This document shows, piece after piece, positions 19,201 to 28,092 of a stretch of DNA of 58,801 nt. Within the stretch, counting starts at the first letter, position 1, and the number at the start of each line of letters is the position of its first letter. The notes under the pieces are model-generated. The model had not been told where the DNA came from. It was given only the letters and a program-made list of their open reading frames with translations, and made no database searches. The stretch is taken from the IMG/VR virus record IMGVR_UViG_3300028453_000003; one strand, given 5' to 3'. This DNA comes from a virus. Both the position numbers and the translations under genes were made by a program.

Positions 19201-20296
19201 CACCTTGCTCATTAAGTAAAGCAGTTTCCTCACCAATAAGACTTGCTTTCTCTTTTTCAAGAGTTAATTCTTCTTTGATAAATGCTAAACTTTTTTCTCT
19301 TTGACCAGTAAGATTAGATAAAATACCTCTTTCTTCATTAAGAAGAGTAAGCATTTGACTTTCTGCATTTTTAGAAGCCATAAACATTTCATTAGAAATT
19401 TTAATCTGTTCATTAATCCTAATGCGAGAAGCCAATTCTTCACCAAGCCCATTTTGGAATAATTTTTCAGTAGCAACCATCTCTTCTTCATATGTGAGAT
19501 TTTTCTTAATTTCACTACCATTTCTTATAATTTCTTTTCCAACCCTACTTAATGCAGTTGCTCTCTTTTGAGTAGTTATCACTTGCCTTTCAAGTTCTTC
19601 ACTTAATCGCACTAATGAAGAAAAACTTTTAGTAACTGCCGAATCAAATGTCCTTTCGGATTTTGCTCTTTGATTGATAAAGTTAAGACTTGCTTGTAAT
19701 AGTTCATTTTCGTGGATAAAATATTTAGCCACATTACTGCCACTAACTTCCATTTCTTTCATAAAAGCAGTATTTTTCTGAACTAATCCTTGTGTTTCTC
19801 TCCATTTTGCATTGATTTGTCCTATTTCTGAATTGTAAATCCCAAGAATATCATAATGTTCAGATAATTGCCCATTCATAGCAGTCCATAATTGAACTAA
19901 TGGCTCTGTTCCACTTGTGATTGCACTTATTTCAGTCTTGACTTCCCTAATTCTCTGTACTGTTTGAGTAGTTGTTTCATTGACTTTTTGTTTGATAGCA
20001 TCGATTTCTCTACGAAGTTCAAGGATTTCTGACCTTAATGTTTCAATCCCTTGAGTATTGGCAAATTCGGTGTTCATTGTGGCAATGTCTTGCTTGATTA
20101 CTGCAATGTCATCTTTCAATGTCTTTAAACCATTCAAAGCACCATTGAAATTCCAATTACCACCACCCATCTCCATCATACTCTTCATAGAGCCACTTAA
20201 TTCAGATAACTGGGTAGTAACCTTTGCAATACCACTTTCAAAAGGAGTAGTATCTATTGTAACCTTACCATCTACTGTAAATGCTTCTACTGACAT
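16232..20296 (-). CDS. Tail tape measure protein
   Basis: About 1350 aa with a coiled-coil N-terminal third and a hydrophobic, Gly/Ala-rich centre. It has the canonical position after the chaperone genes. ATG at 20296; the track starts at TTG 20308. Confidence 0.85.
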   Translation of the reverse strand: MSVEAFTVDGKVTIDTTPFESGIAKVTTQLSELSGSMKSMMEMGGGNWNFNGALNGLKTLKDDIAVIKQDIATMNTEFANTQGIETLRSEILELRREIDAIKQKVNETTTQTVQRIREVKTEISAITSGTEPLVQLWTAMNGQLSEHYDILGIYNSEIGQINAKWRETQGLVQKNTAFMKEMEVSGSNVAKYFIHENELLQASLNFINQRAKSERTFDSAVTKSFSSLVRLSEELERQVITTQKRATALSRVGKEIIRNGSEIKKNLTYEEEMVATEKLFQNGLGEELASRIRINEQIKISNEMFMASKNAESQMLTLLNEERGILSNLTGQREKSLAFIKEELTLEKEKASLIGEETALLNEQGAVRQRNATKVNDLDKMGYLPRRIGSMALTMWGFNELMDVYDKTMSHINAESQKDYFAKRMGMNAKATQDFTNQLNGMQKQYKKLDMTVVGANALETATKYKVQQQSLGDLTEVMAIYGSEFVKQGRSQEDSILAINDALDGELRRLKEVGIGAEELKATGLWSGEQSDKEGMLKALLQIAQERGYDKTAKDITNLSDAITTLEVKLSIDLARAFGVIEPLITDVLGNFVTMLEALEKGIGWVTPKITEFAKAIGLIDKDGKATQFGNFLEDWVSWMITFGITAYGVYKIAKPLLGMFGKLKDVGGGIAEGTGDVGKTMNTGGFKENFKSEWGKLGKNLGKMARVFVEFAVALAMAWALIEEAILLISAIGYTYESLKPQFNSGIEFIKEFGIWFALLGGAMLVFSYALGKVPDSAMESIGKGAVKLATGMAIAMGLIAEAIVLLNLPLLAIASIGAVQNWQQENIESGIATIHMFADALNYIASDDTIAWFIVGFVAISGILGLTADVVAIPMVVGIATTLLLVAEAITMLIVPLGAIALLGASASALGEENINQGAETIKLIGNVLQVLAQAIPYLLVVDLTIFGVQLVEWGNRLLSGGKDGLTTLVQDILPTIQTFISDFNDLDFSETLKTEKITAITTVATQLPPLFTAIQKLNNAMGTSDALGNIGGALGGSISGAIGMGLKSKLDQLYNDVKDVMDFATKLGGLSTGNGGNTTAIQQTANAIAQLKVKLNLFITTISSASARVQSASTRLGNALPTGFRTGSASFGSAVVSVLAKGVSEIQSRYATFNNGGKTLGQKMVDGFKNHKPSLKSIVVKEMDYALQELDNRKDDFYYKGQALGKQLSDGFESSGGLNVGSPANIARTIAKEMEYSMLALDSGKQMMYKGGQALGRALTNGYNSYQNLRTDVGVLAQKGVSNEQLQANAKNVQANDKVNQQTPKIFAPTVNIDMSNSTIIGVQDLDARIRQSVDKAMIEYNSPNGAIGY

Positions 20297-20297
20297 A

Positions 20298-20684
20298 TTA
20301 TCTACCAACTCCTTTTCTTACTGCATTAACTATTTCTTTTTCTATTAATGGTGTTGCTCTCTCTCCACCAATGGTTGCCCATCTTGGAACACCACTTGTA
20401 GTATTAGTATACCTTAACTCTGCATAATGGAAACCAGTTCTTGGATTCCAAGCATCATAAACAAGATGTTGTTGCATACCGAAAGGTGTTTCCACGAAAT
20501 CATAACTCTCCGATAATATGGAATGTCTTAACACTTCATTCCATCTTGGAGCAATCGGTAACACTTGCTCATACACATCATACTTTATCTTATCAGATGT
20601 ACTGCCTATTGCTTTTTTCAAGTTCTGTGGTAGTCTTTCAAGTTTCTTAACTGCCTTATCAGTCTTGAATTTTACATCTAACAT
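20298..20684 (-). CDS. HK97 gp10-like tail/neck component
   Basis: MLDVKFKTDKAVKKLERLPQNLKKA...APRWNEVLRHSI resembles the gp10 family pattern. Confidence 0.35.
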   Translation of the reverse strand: MLDVKFKTDKAVKKLERLPQNLKKAIGSTSDKIKYDVYEQVLPIAPRWNEVLRHSILSESYDFVETPFGMQQHLVYDAWNPRTGFHYAELRYTNTTSGVPRWATIGGERATPLIEKEIVNAVRKGVGR

Positions 20685-20689
20685 ATTTT

Positions 20690-21082
20690 TTATTCCTCTA
20701 TAAGTGATTCGTATATATCCATATAATCCTCACTATCTTCAAACTTCGGTGTTGTCATCTTACCAGTCTTTGAAGAGGATTTAGACTCTAATCTGTTTTT
20801 CTCTGCCTCTTTCTGTTCGGCTTTGATGATTTCCAACTCATTATTCAACAATTGAGCGAAGATGAGATAATCCATTTCCCAAAAGTCCTTTAAAGTTAAG
20901 CCCATACCCTTGACTCTCCTTGTCAAGAGAAAATACTCATCGATGAATTGCTTTTCGATGAGTTCACTTGGCTTTTCCATAAAAGTATCAGTATCTTCGC
21001 TAATCGGATTGAAAGGATTGCTTTGCCTCTGCAATAATATTCTGCTTGACAAACTTCTCAACATCTTTAGTAGAAGCCCCAA
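20690..21082 (-). CDS. Tail assembly chaperone, downstream overlapping frame
   Basis: This open frame overlaps the 3' end of 21000-21581 by 83 nt in the +1 frame. Internal ATG at 21064. Confidence 0.4.
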   Translation of the reverse strand: MGLLLKMLRSLSSRILLQRQSNPFNPISEDTDTFMEKPSELIEKQFIDEYFLLTRRVKGMGLTLKDFWEMDYLIFAQLLNNELEIIKAEQKEAEKNRLESKSSSKTGKMTTPKFEDSEDYMDIYESLIEE

Positions 21083-21581
21083 GACTCAACATCTTCTTAA
21101 TACTTGCCAATAAACGAATGATAGTCATATCAGAGTCATCTGCATTGTTAACAAACTCTTCCTTTGTGATACCTTCTAATTGAAGTTCTGCAAGTTCACC
21201 ATATTTACCCAATACATATTGTCTGATGGCTTCTATCTCTTTCTTATGTTTCTCATCAAGTTTCTCACCTTTTTCGATGAGTTTTCTTCTTTCATTGCCA
21301 AGATCAATCAATTGCATACTATATTCAGTAATGTTATCCAAGTCATCATCACTTGGCTCTTCTTTCTTATTGATTGCAGTTACAATGTTATGGATTGATT
21401 CGATTTGAGTATCTATCGCTTCTATATCTCTTTCAATTGCTTTTGCCTTGTCTGTGATTGGTTTGTACTTTTCTTGCTCTGCCTCAATGCTCTTTTGATG
21501 TTCCAATATCTGTGCATTGGTGCATCTTTTGAACTTGTACTTTTTACCACAAACTTCTATACTGTTTTTAGAAAATTCCAT
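21000..21581 (-). CDS. Tail assembly chaperone candidate
   Basis: Acidic coiled-coil protein of 193 aa, located between the major tail and tape measure genes. Confidence 0.45.
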   Translation of the reverse strand: MEFSKNSIEVCGKKYKFKRCTNAQILEHQKSIEAEQEKYKPITDKAKAIERDIEAIDTQIESIHNIVTAINKKEEPSDDDLDNITEYSMQLIDLGNERRKLIEKGEKLDEKHKKEIEAIRQYVLGKYGELAELQLEGITKEEFVNNADDSDMTIIRLLASIKKMLSLGASTKDVEKFVKQNIIAEAKQSFQSD

Positions 21582-21602
21582 TATCTCATCTCCTACTCAT
21601 TT

Positions 21603-21632
21603 AAAAAAAAAGTGGCTACACCGAAGTGTAGC
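21603..21632 (-). terminator. Hairpin plus T9 after the major tail protein gene
   Basis: 7-bp stem gctacac/gtgtagc (21615-21621/21626-21632) with a cgaa loop, followed in minus sense by nine T (21603-21611). Confidence 0.6.
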
Positions 21633-21655
21633 GATTATATGTAAATATCATAAAT

Positions 21656-22867
21656 TTAAGGTTCTGTGTCTTTTACCCAGTAGTAATCCATACTTGAGTC
21701 ATCATCACTTGCAGATGAACTGCTTGTATCGGATTGTATACTTTGGGTTGCTTGTGGAGTTCCCCAATGTAAATCTTCCAATTGTGAAAGAATATCAATG
21801 TTTACTGGAGATACAGTTCCATTGTTTACAAGGTTGTACTCAATGTTAATGGTCTTGGTTTCATCACCACTTAAGTCAGACCAAGCCTTTGTAATCTCAA
21901 CTTTTGGCAAGTACATTGCAAAGGATTCGTAGACATCTTCACCACTAACCTTACCAAGTGTACGATTAGTACCAGTAATAAGGATTTCTGCGAAATAGTT
22001 ATCTTCGGTGATAATATCTCCATCATTGACACCAGTATACCATTTGTCGATAAGGTGTTGGGATTTTTCGTTCCATTGGATTTCCAATTCTCCATCGTTC
22101 TCAAATTGACCCTCATCTTTCATTGCTTTACCGAATGGTGTTCCCAAGCATAAAAAGTCCTCAAGGTTAGTGTTGAATGAATTGGTGGAACTGATGACAC
22201 AACCATAATCGTAGGTTGCTAATTGCTCTTCGGTTAATTCGGTTAAGTCTGTTCCGAAATCTGCAATGTAAATGTGAATGTTTTGCACCCCAAGTTTGGA
22301 TAGGCTTTGCCCTACTGTTCTTACTGGGTTTGCTTGGTTAAGGATTGGTGCATCACTACCGAAAGTGTAAGTTAAGTTAATACCATCATCACTTATTTCA
22401 TATTCAAGTTCACTCATTTTTGCATTGTCATATGTGATTGCATCGTTTTCTACTGCACCATAACCATTAATGATAGTAGCAATTGGTAATCCAGTTGGGT
22501 TTACAAGGTCTTGGTAGAATTTCCATTCGTAGACATTACCACTACCAGTTCCATCCAATGGAACTGTTTTCTTCTCATAAGACCCAAGTAGCATATACCA
22601 ACCATCTTCAAAGAACTCACCAAACATCGCCTTTTGCTCCCATTGAGGCTCTGCACTTGCACTTGTCCTATCAGAAGCGATAACAATGCTCTTTGAACCA
22701 GTATGACCTTCCCAGTCGCTTGTTTCGACAGTAGGCTCTCCCTCAAAGGCAGAACCTCTTGCCATAATACCACCACGAACTGGAAGTGATGGGTATTCGC
22801 CAGTCTGCTCATCCTTTTCCTTTAAAGCAATAGACCAGTAATGAAATGCTTCGTTAAATCCAGTCAT
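21656..22867 (-). CDS. Major tail protein candidate
   Basis: 403 aa. It precedes the chaperone and tape measure genes and is followed by an attenuator-like terminator. No sheath gene was seen. Confidence 0.5.
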   Translation of the reverse strand: MTGFNEAFHYWSIALKEKDEQTGEYPSLPVRGGIMARGSAFEGEPTVETSDWEGHTGSKSIVIASDRTSASAEPQWEQKAMFGEFFEDGWYMLLGSYEKKTVPLDGTGSGNVYEWKFYQDLVNPTGLPIATIINGYGAVENDAITYDNAKMSELEYEISDDGINLTYTFGSDAPILNQANPVRTVGQSLSKLGVQNIHIYIADFGTDLTELTEEQLATYDYGCVISSTNSFNTNLEDFLCLGTPFGKAMKDEGQFENDGELEIQWNEKSQHLIDKWYTGVNDGDIITEDNYFAEILITGTNRTLGKVSGEDVYESFAMYLPKVEITKAWSDLSGDETKTINIEYNLVNNGTVSPVNIDILSQLEDLHWGTPQATQSIQSDTSSSSASDDDSSMDYYWVKDTEP

Positions 22868-22868
22868 C

Positions 22869-23075
22869 TTAATCTTTCTCCTCTTCTTTATCTACCTTTT
22901 TAGGTGCTTTCTTCTCTTGCACATACTCAAAAAATCCAGTTTCCATACATCTATCTACCAATTCATTTGGTATATTGTAGACTTTACCTCTTTCCAAAAC
23001 TTCATCTGCTTTGATGACTCTAAAATGGATTAACTCAAGAATCTTTTGAGGTTGAGCATTATACTTAAGTTTCAA
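22869..23075 (-). CDS. Small head-tail joining protein candidate
   Basis: 68-aa ORF between the capsid and tail genes. Confidence 0.3.
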   Translation of the reverse strand: MKLKYNAQPQKILELIHFRVIKADEVLERGKVYNIPNELVDRCMETGFFEYVQEKKAPKKVDKEEEKD

Positions 23076-23097
23076 TCTAATACATCTCCATTAATAA

Positions 23098-23583
23098 TTA
23101 TAACACATATTCCATCTCATACCTTACAGTAATCACATTCGCAAAGAACTCATCTTCATAATCTTCACGAAATGCTTGTTTATATACACTTATGATTGGC
23201 ATAGCACCAACAAACTTAAGGTTCTGCAACTTCGGATGTAAGTCTTGCCAACTTCTTTGAACATTCAAAGACTTCAATACTGACTCTTCAAAATCCCAAA
23301 GTTCCTCAATCAAGACATCGGTATCTTGAGTATAAGTGTACAGTTTGATGTCGAAGTTACGATAATAACTTCGGCAATCCATCATTGTGCTTAATACCAT
23401 ACCCTTTTGCTCTGAATTATCATCACCATACTTAACATCAAAGCAAATTAAAGGCAAATCACGATTGGCATTAATAGTATAAGGGTCAAAGTAATATTGC
23501 AATCCTTTATAATCTCCCATATTCTCATCATCAGACTCAAAATACTCTGCGATGGATTCAAGGATTTCTCTTAACACACTCAT
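23098..23583 (-). CDS. Head-tail connector / tail completion protein candidate
   Basis: Assigned by position. The ATG at 23583 overlaps the upstream TGA (ATGA); the track start at 23592 is TTG. Confidence 0.35.
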   Translation of the reverse strand: MSVLREILESIAEYFESDDENMGDYKGLQYYFDPYTINANRDLPLICFDVKYGDDNSEQKGMVLSTMMDCRSYYRNFDIKLYTYTQDTDVLIEELWDFEESVLKSLNVQRSWQDLHPKLQNLKFVGAMPIISVYKQAFREDYEDEFFANVITVRYEMEYVL

Positions 23584-24503
23584 ACATACCAACTTCCTTT
23601 ATAATATTTCTTTGATTTAGAATTGCACCTTGTCTTGCAGTTAGGGTCTACATTACAGAATTGAGTCCAACCCAACAATTTAAGGTTTGGATCACCATAA
23701 CCATTACTTGCCATATAATTCTCAATGAAAGCATCTATTTGTGCTAATAACCTATCTGCATAGTTTCGGCTTAATTGAGTACCATCTCCCATTGTTTTTC
23801 CTTGATTCTCCCATTGGATTAACCAAGAAAAGGCACTTGCACTCTTGTAGCATAAGTGTTCCAATTGTGGTGGTATCTCATCCCAACTGTAAGCACGAAG
23901 TTTATTCATTATGTAATTCTTACCGATGACAATTTGCTCATCTAAATCTTCCAATGTGATGTTGAACTGGTCTGTCCTTGCAACCAAGTTACAAAGGTAG
24001 AAATCATCTACTTGTTTACTGAACTCAAGGTTGATACAGAATACTGATGAAATCCACCTATTCTTTTTCTGCATACTTGTGTTTGCTTTCCTAACAAGGT
24101 ATCTGAATTGATGGTAACCATCTTCGTTGATTACTGTATCTTCGTGGCTAATGTCATCTGCCTTAAGTTCAACTTGGTTCACTACACCACTTCTTGTATT
24201 ACTGAAACCAATTGTTAGGTCTGATGGAGTAATTGTTTCCTCTGAATAGAATAATATTTCAAAGTAATCAATATCATTATAATCCCTAACTCTTGGCAAG
24301 TGGATACGAACCTTTGAATCTGCTTGGATATTTTGAATATGCAAGGAATTGTCAAAGTCAGAATGATGATCCTCTACCAGTTCAACTTCTTCGGAATGTT
24401 CTATATTGTCTGTTTCATCAAATTCGTATGGGTATTGTCTGTCTATATGTGTTTCTCTTAACCATTGGAGAACTTTATAGTAATCTTCCATCTTGTTATC
24501 CAT
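23580..24503 (-). CDS. Head completion / connector protein candidate
   Basis: Lies downstream of the capsid gene. The ATG at 24503 sits 7 nt after ggagga; the track start at 24518 is TTG. Confidence 0.35.
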   Translation of the reverse strand: MDNKMEDYYKVLQWLRETHIDRQYPYEFDETDNIEHSEEVELVEDHHSDFDNSLHIQNIQADSKVRIHLPRVRDYNDIDYFEILFYSEETITPSDLTIGFSNTRSGVVNQVELKADDISHEDTVINEDGYHQFRYLVRKANTSMQKKNRWISSVFCINLEFSKQVDDFYLCNLVARTDQFNITLEDLDEQIVIGKNYIMNKLRAYSWDEIPPQLEHLCYKSASAFSWLIQWENQGKTMGDGTQLSRNYADRLLAQIDAFIENYMASNGYGDPNLKLLGWTQFCNVDPNCKTRCNSKSKKYYKGSWYV

Positions 24504-24530
24504 AGGATTGTCCTCCAATTATGAATGAAA

Positions 24531-24553
24531 GGTAGTTAATCACCTTAACTACC
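24531..24553 (-). terminator. Hairpin overlapping the capsid gene stop
   Basis: 9-bp stem ggtagttaa/ttaactacc with a 5-nt loop, followed by a weak T-rich tract. Confidence 0.4.
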
Positions 24554-25489
24554 TAAAACATCTTCAACTTTAACCATTCTTTTACCATCTTCAAGTGCAT
24601 AAGTTCCTACACCAGTAGTGAATTGCATAGTGATGGTTGGTTCAGATTGTCTGTCAGAGTCATCGTACTTGAGTACATTGATTAATGGGTAGTATTTATC
24701 GTAAACTCCAGTAACTGGAACTTTCTGAACTTTAGGGTTGAAATAATCCAAGTAGAAGATTTGTAAGGATGGCATATCAGTACAAAATGCTAACAATTCT
24801 TTGTCATCCATAGTTTTTCCACCCCAACTGAAAGTCATTCCACCGACTTCAAACACATTGTTTAAGCCTAATCCAGTTTTTGGGAAAGTGTATTCCATAC
24901 CTTGAACTTCTGCTTTGATTTCAAGTTCGGTTAATGCTTTTAATCCTAAAGCACAATGGTTCATATTGTAACCATCTGCCATTTTGAAGTTTCTGATTTT
25001 GGTAATGTCTGCGATGATGTCTTTGATTTCGGCAGAAGTCCAGTTGTTATTCAACTCGTATGCTACACTTTCATCAGTAGCACTTGCAACTGCACTTTCG
25101 TAGACATTGTTATCGATTTCTTGTGCAAGGTAAGTGGAGATAGGAGTCATCATATCGATGATGGATAATTCTTTTTCTCTTAAATCTCTCATTTCGACTT
25201 CTAATTCGATACCATATTGTTCAAGTCTGAATCCTTGTGGGGTTACTTCGGAGTATCTGACTCTACGAAGTCCAGTACCCTCTGCCATTAACTTTTTCTT
25301 TCTACCTTTGACTTGTTGCTCTGCCTCTTCGCCTTTCCATACATCAGTAACTGTAATTTGCTTATCGCTCACCTTTTCGGTAGGGAAGAACCCTGCGAGG
25401 TTGAATTTACCAAAGGTGTCTTTTCTAATCTTGGCAGTATATAAACCACCATAAAATTCTTTATTTACTCTCTCTAAAGCATTTGCCAT
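24545..25489 (-). CDS. Major capsid protein (HK97-fold expected)
   Basis: 314 aa, assigned from size and position after the scaffold and decoration genes, and it is followed by a hairpin. Confidence 0.6.
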   Translation of the reverse strand: MANALERVNKEFYGGLYTAKIRKDTFGKFNLAGFFPTEKVSDKQITVTDVWKGEEAEQQVKGRKKKLMAEGTGLRRVRYSEVTPQGFRLEQYGIELEVEMRDLREKELSIIDMMTPISTYLAQEIDNNVYESAVASATDESVAYELNNNWTSAEIKDIIADITKIRNFKMADGYNMNHCALGLKALTELEIKAEVQGMEYTFPKTGLGLNNVFEVGGMTFSWGGKTMDDKELLAFCTDMPSLQIFYLDYFNPKVQKVPVTGVYDKYYPLINVLKYDDSDRQSEPTITMQFTTGVGTYALEDGKRMVKVEDVLGS

Positions 25490-25582
25490 AAATAATCATC
25501 TCATAAGTATTAAGTTTTAAATAAATTAGTAATAATAAATGTTTAAATTTCAAATCCCACTATGGGTTAGTTAGAGTTTCTG

Positions 25583-26104
25583 TTACAATGCAGTCAAACT
25601 GATAGTGAATGCTTTATGGTTTGACCTAAATTGCACAGTTTCAGTAGCATCAGTATAACCATCTGCCTCAACTGTTACACTATAATCATCATAAGGCATA
25701 TCCTCAAATACTGCTTCACCATTCTCATCAGTAGTTTCACTATCAGAACCAATGGTTACAGTAGCACCACTTATTGCATTTTCACCATCATTTACAGTAA
25801 TAGTCAAAGTATCAGTAATGATAGACATTGCAATAGACAAAGTAGTATCCTCACTAACAGTTACTTGGCTTGGATGTTCATAATCCACATAACCAGTACA
25901 AGTTGCAGTAACATCATATTTCTCCAATGGAACTTCAATGACAGTTTCACCACTCGCATCAGTAGTGCCAGTAAAGGCAACACCAGTATCGTTGTAATCG
26001 GTAAAGGTTACAACTGCACCCTCTAATGGGTCAGTTCCATCGGTAACAGTAACAGTAACTTTTGCAGTCGGATCATTATTCAAGAAAGGGTATCGCATCT
26101 TCAT
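25583..26104 (-). CDS. Capsid-associated protein with two carboxypeptidase-regulatory/PEGA-like beta-sandwich domains
   Basis: The module VTVTDGTDPLEGAVVTF..TTDASGE..Y.VT....GY is repeated. ATG at 26104; the frame overlaps the end of 26076-26615. Confidence 0.5.
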   Translation of the reverse strand: MKMRYPFLNNDPTAKVTVTVTDGTDPLEGAVVTFTDYNDTGVAFTGTTDASGETVIEVPLEKYDVTATCTGYVDYEHPSQVTVSEDTTLSIAMSIITDTLTITVNDGENAISGATVTIGSDSETTDENGEAVFEDMPYDDYSVTVEADGYTDATETVQFRSNHKAFTISLTAL

Positions 26105-26615
26105 AAAGATGCACAATAATATATCCTCCACTATTTGCAGATTTGGATTCTAATGCTTGACATACTTGCATACTTGCAGTAGAACCAGTATATTTGTCTA
26201 ATCCAGTATTGTAAGCATCCAAGCACAAGTAATCTCCACTTGTGATAGCCACATTGTCAGATGCCAATGGCAAGATTAATTCACCAGTCTTAAGTTTAAA
26301 TGCAGTAACAAACCTTTTGTAACTACCATCATTAACTGCTTCGGTTGGGAATGCTCCACTTGGGAACTCACAAGGATACATAGTGATGTGAGTTGCTTTG
26401 GTGGTTGCTTTGGTCATTTGCAAGTCTTTTCCACTACCCAAATCGAATTGCAAGAAGTTTTCTTGCTTAATAGGGTATTGGAACTTGAAGAATTTCTGTT
26501 CTGCACCATTAATGGTGGAATAACCAGTATCAATGGACACATTGCCCTCATTTACTTCGTAGGTTCTACCCTCTGCCTTTTCAAAGAAAGTACCTATAAC
26601 ATTTCCAGTTGCCAT
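26076..26615 (-). CDS. Head decoration protein candidate
   Basis: 179 aa with a strong aggaga RBS. The C-terminal pattern SGDYLCLD...GGYIIVHL recalls the decoration (DUF2190-like) pattern. Confidence 0.4.
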   Translation of the reverse strand: MATGNVIGTFFEKAEGRTYEVNEGNVSIDTGYSTINGAEQKFFKFQYPIKQENFLQFDLGSGKDLQMTKATTKATHITMYPCEFPSGAFPTEAVNDGSYKRFVTAFKLKTGELILPLASDNVAITSGDYLCLDAYNTGLDKYTGSTASMQVCQALESKSANSGGYIIVHLYEDAIPFLE

Positions 26616-26631
26616 ATTAATAAATCTCCTA

Positions 26632-27216
26632 TTATGTAATTTTTTTATTTAATAAATCGGCTTCGATTTTTAATTTATAAAAATTTATGCTTCTTTTTAA
26701 TCGTTTACCATTATACCACAAACCAAATATCTGCTTACCATTTTGAACACCCTCTTTCACAATTCTTGCATAAGGTTTAAAGTTTTCACCTTTCTTGGAT
26801 TCACTCATATGTCTACAATGTTCCTCTGAAAACTTTTTACCTAACCAATATCTTGCATTGTTTTCACTCAATTTCTTACGAGTTACATCAGAATGTTTAA
26901 ACCCCATAGAACCATCTCCACCTTTTGTGAAATTAAATCCATAGGGATTTTCATAATGATAAGTGCTTAATTCAGTTATGAATAATGATTCTAACTCATT
27001 TAAATCATCATCAGAAAAATCATCAGATAATTCAACTAACTTCACATAATCATATCTTGTAGGATTATTCTGCAAAATACGATTAATCGGTTGTTCATCA
27101 TAATAATAAGGATGATTATGCCTATAATTTCTCCTATTCTCATCAAGATGACTATCTTTCCCTACATAACAATAGGAATCATATTTTGTATCAGAATAAG
27201 CATAAATTCCTTTCAC
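26632..27216 (-). CDS. GIY-YIG homing endonuclease with NUMOD3-like repeats
   Basis: KGIYAYSD..YCYVGKDS..R..H, followed by GFKHSDVTRKKLSE and GKKFSEEHCRHMSESKKG. It is inserted between the scaffold and decoration genes. Confidence 0.8.
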   Translation of the reverse strand: MKGIYAYSDTKYDSYCYVGKDSHLDENRRNYRHNHPYYYDEQPINRILQNNPTRYDYVKLVELSDDFSDDDLNELESLFITELSTYHYENPYGFNFTKGGDGSMGFKHSDVTRKKLSENNARYWLGKKFSEEHCRHMSESKKGENFKPYARIVKEGVQNGKQIFGLWYNGKRLKRSINFYKLKIEADLLNKKIT

Positions 27217-27225
27217 GATAAACAC

Positions 27226-28092
27226 CTACCAGTTCGTATTTTCTCTCTCCCATTTTTCAAAATACTCTTGTGAATATTCATCAACTTGATCTTCTTTTGG
27301 TATGTCATCTGCATCTCCATCAGTTATTGTATCGACACTTTGACTACCAACTGCTTTGATTGGTTCAGTTACAATCTTGGTATTCTTCATATGTTCCAAT
27401 TCTTCTACACTAAACTTTTGAAACATTTCCATACCTTTTGTATCATCACCAACAATCTCTTTGATAAGTTTCTCTTTGGCTTTCGCTTCTTGCTCACGAA
27501 GTCTATCAGAATCTGCTTTGTAAGTTTCTGCATTGGCTTTTAACTCATCAAATTGTTTCTGCAATGCCTTGAACTCATTAAGAGTTTCATCACTATTTTT
27601 GGATTTCTCTCTCAACTCCTCCATCTGCTTTTTAAGGATACCAATCTCTTCTCTCTGCTCTGCAATGGTTTCCTCTTTCTTATCAAGCATTGCTCTTAAT
27701 TCATCACTCACCTTACCATCTCCTTTAGTTTCAATACTATTGTATAATATTTGGCTTCTTGGGTTAGCAGTCAAGCCAACATTAGCCATTGTAAAATTTA
27801 TAGGTTTGTAATAACTCCCATAATCCACAAAATCGCAAGTAAATACTGGCGAAAACCCATTCCCAGTAATGTCAATGTCGGATGGCTTCTCTGCATAGAG
27901 TTTGCCATCTTCAAACTTGAAATTACCTAACGAACCTATAATTTCATCAGAGTGTTCTCTCATCACATCAACCTTTTCGGTGTCATCTGCAATCTTCTGT
28001 AAAAATTCATCATCAAACTTTACTGGCTTCTCCAAGCCGACATCAGTATAATCCATCGTTCCAGTCTGCCAAATCTCAATCATCTCTGCCAT
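27226..28092 (-). CDS. Capsid scaffolding protein
   Basis: Central charged coiled coil (EQREEIGILKKQMEELREKS...), positioned after the portal and MuF genes. Confidence 0.55.
   Translation of the reverse strand: MAEMIEIWQTGTMDYTDVGLEKPVKFDDEFLQKIADDTEKVDVMREHSDEIIGSLGNFKFEDGKLYAEKPSDIDITGNGFSPVFTCDFVDYGSYYKPINFTMANVGLTANPRSQILYNSIETKGDGKVSDELRAMLDKKEETIAEQREEIGILKKQMEELREKSKNSDETLNEFKALQKQFDELKANAETYKADSDRLREQEAKAKEKLIKEIVGDDTKGMEMFQKFSVEELEHMKNTKIVTEPIKAVGSQSVDTITDGDADDIPKEDQVDEYSQEYFEKWERENTNW

Noticed and set aside
21000-21088. Canonical -1 programmed frameshift for the tail chaperones
   Set aside because: The downstream frame is +1 relative to the upstream ORF, and no slippery heptamer was seen in the overlap. 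It is kept only as an open question.
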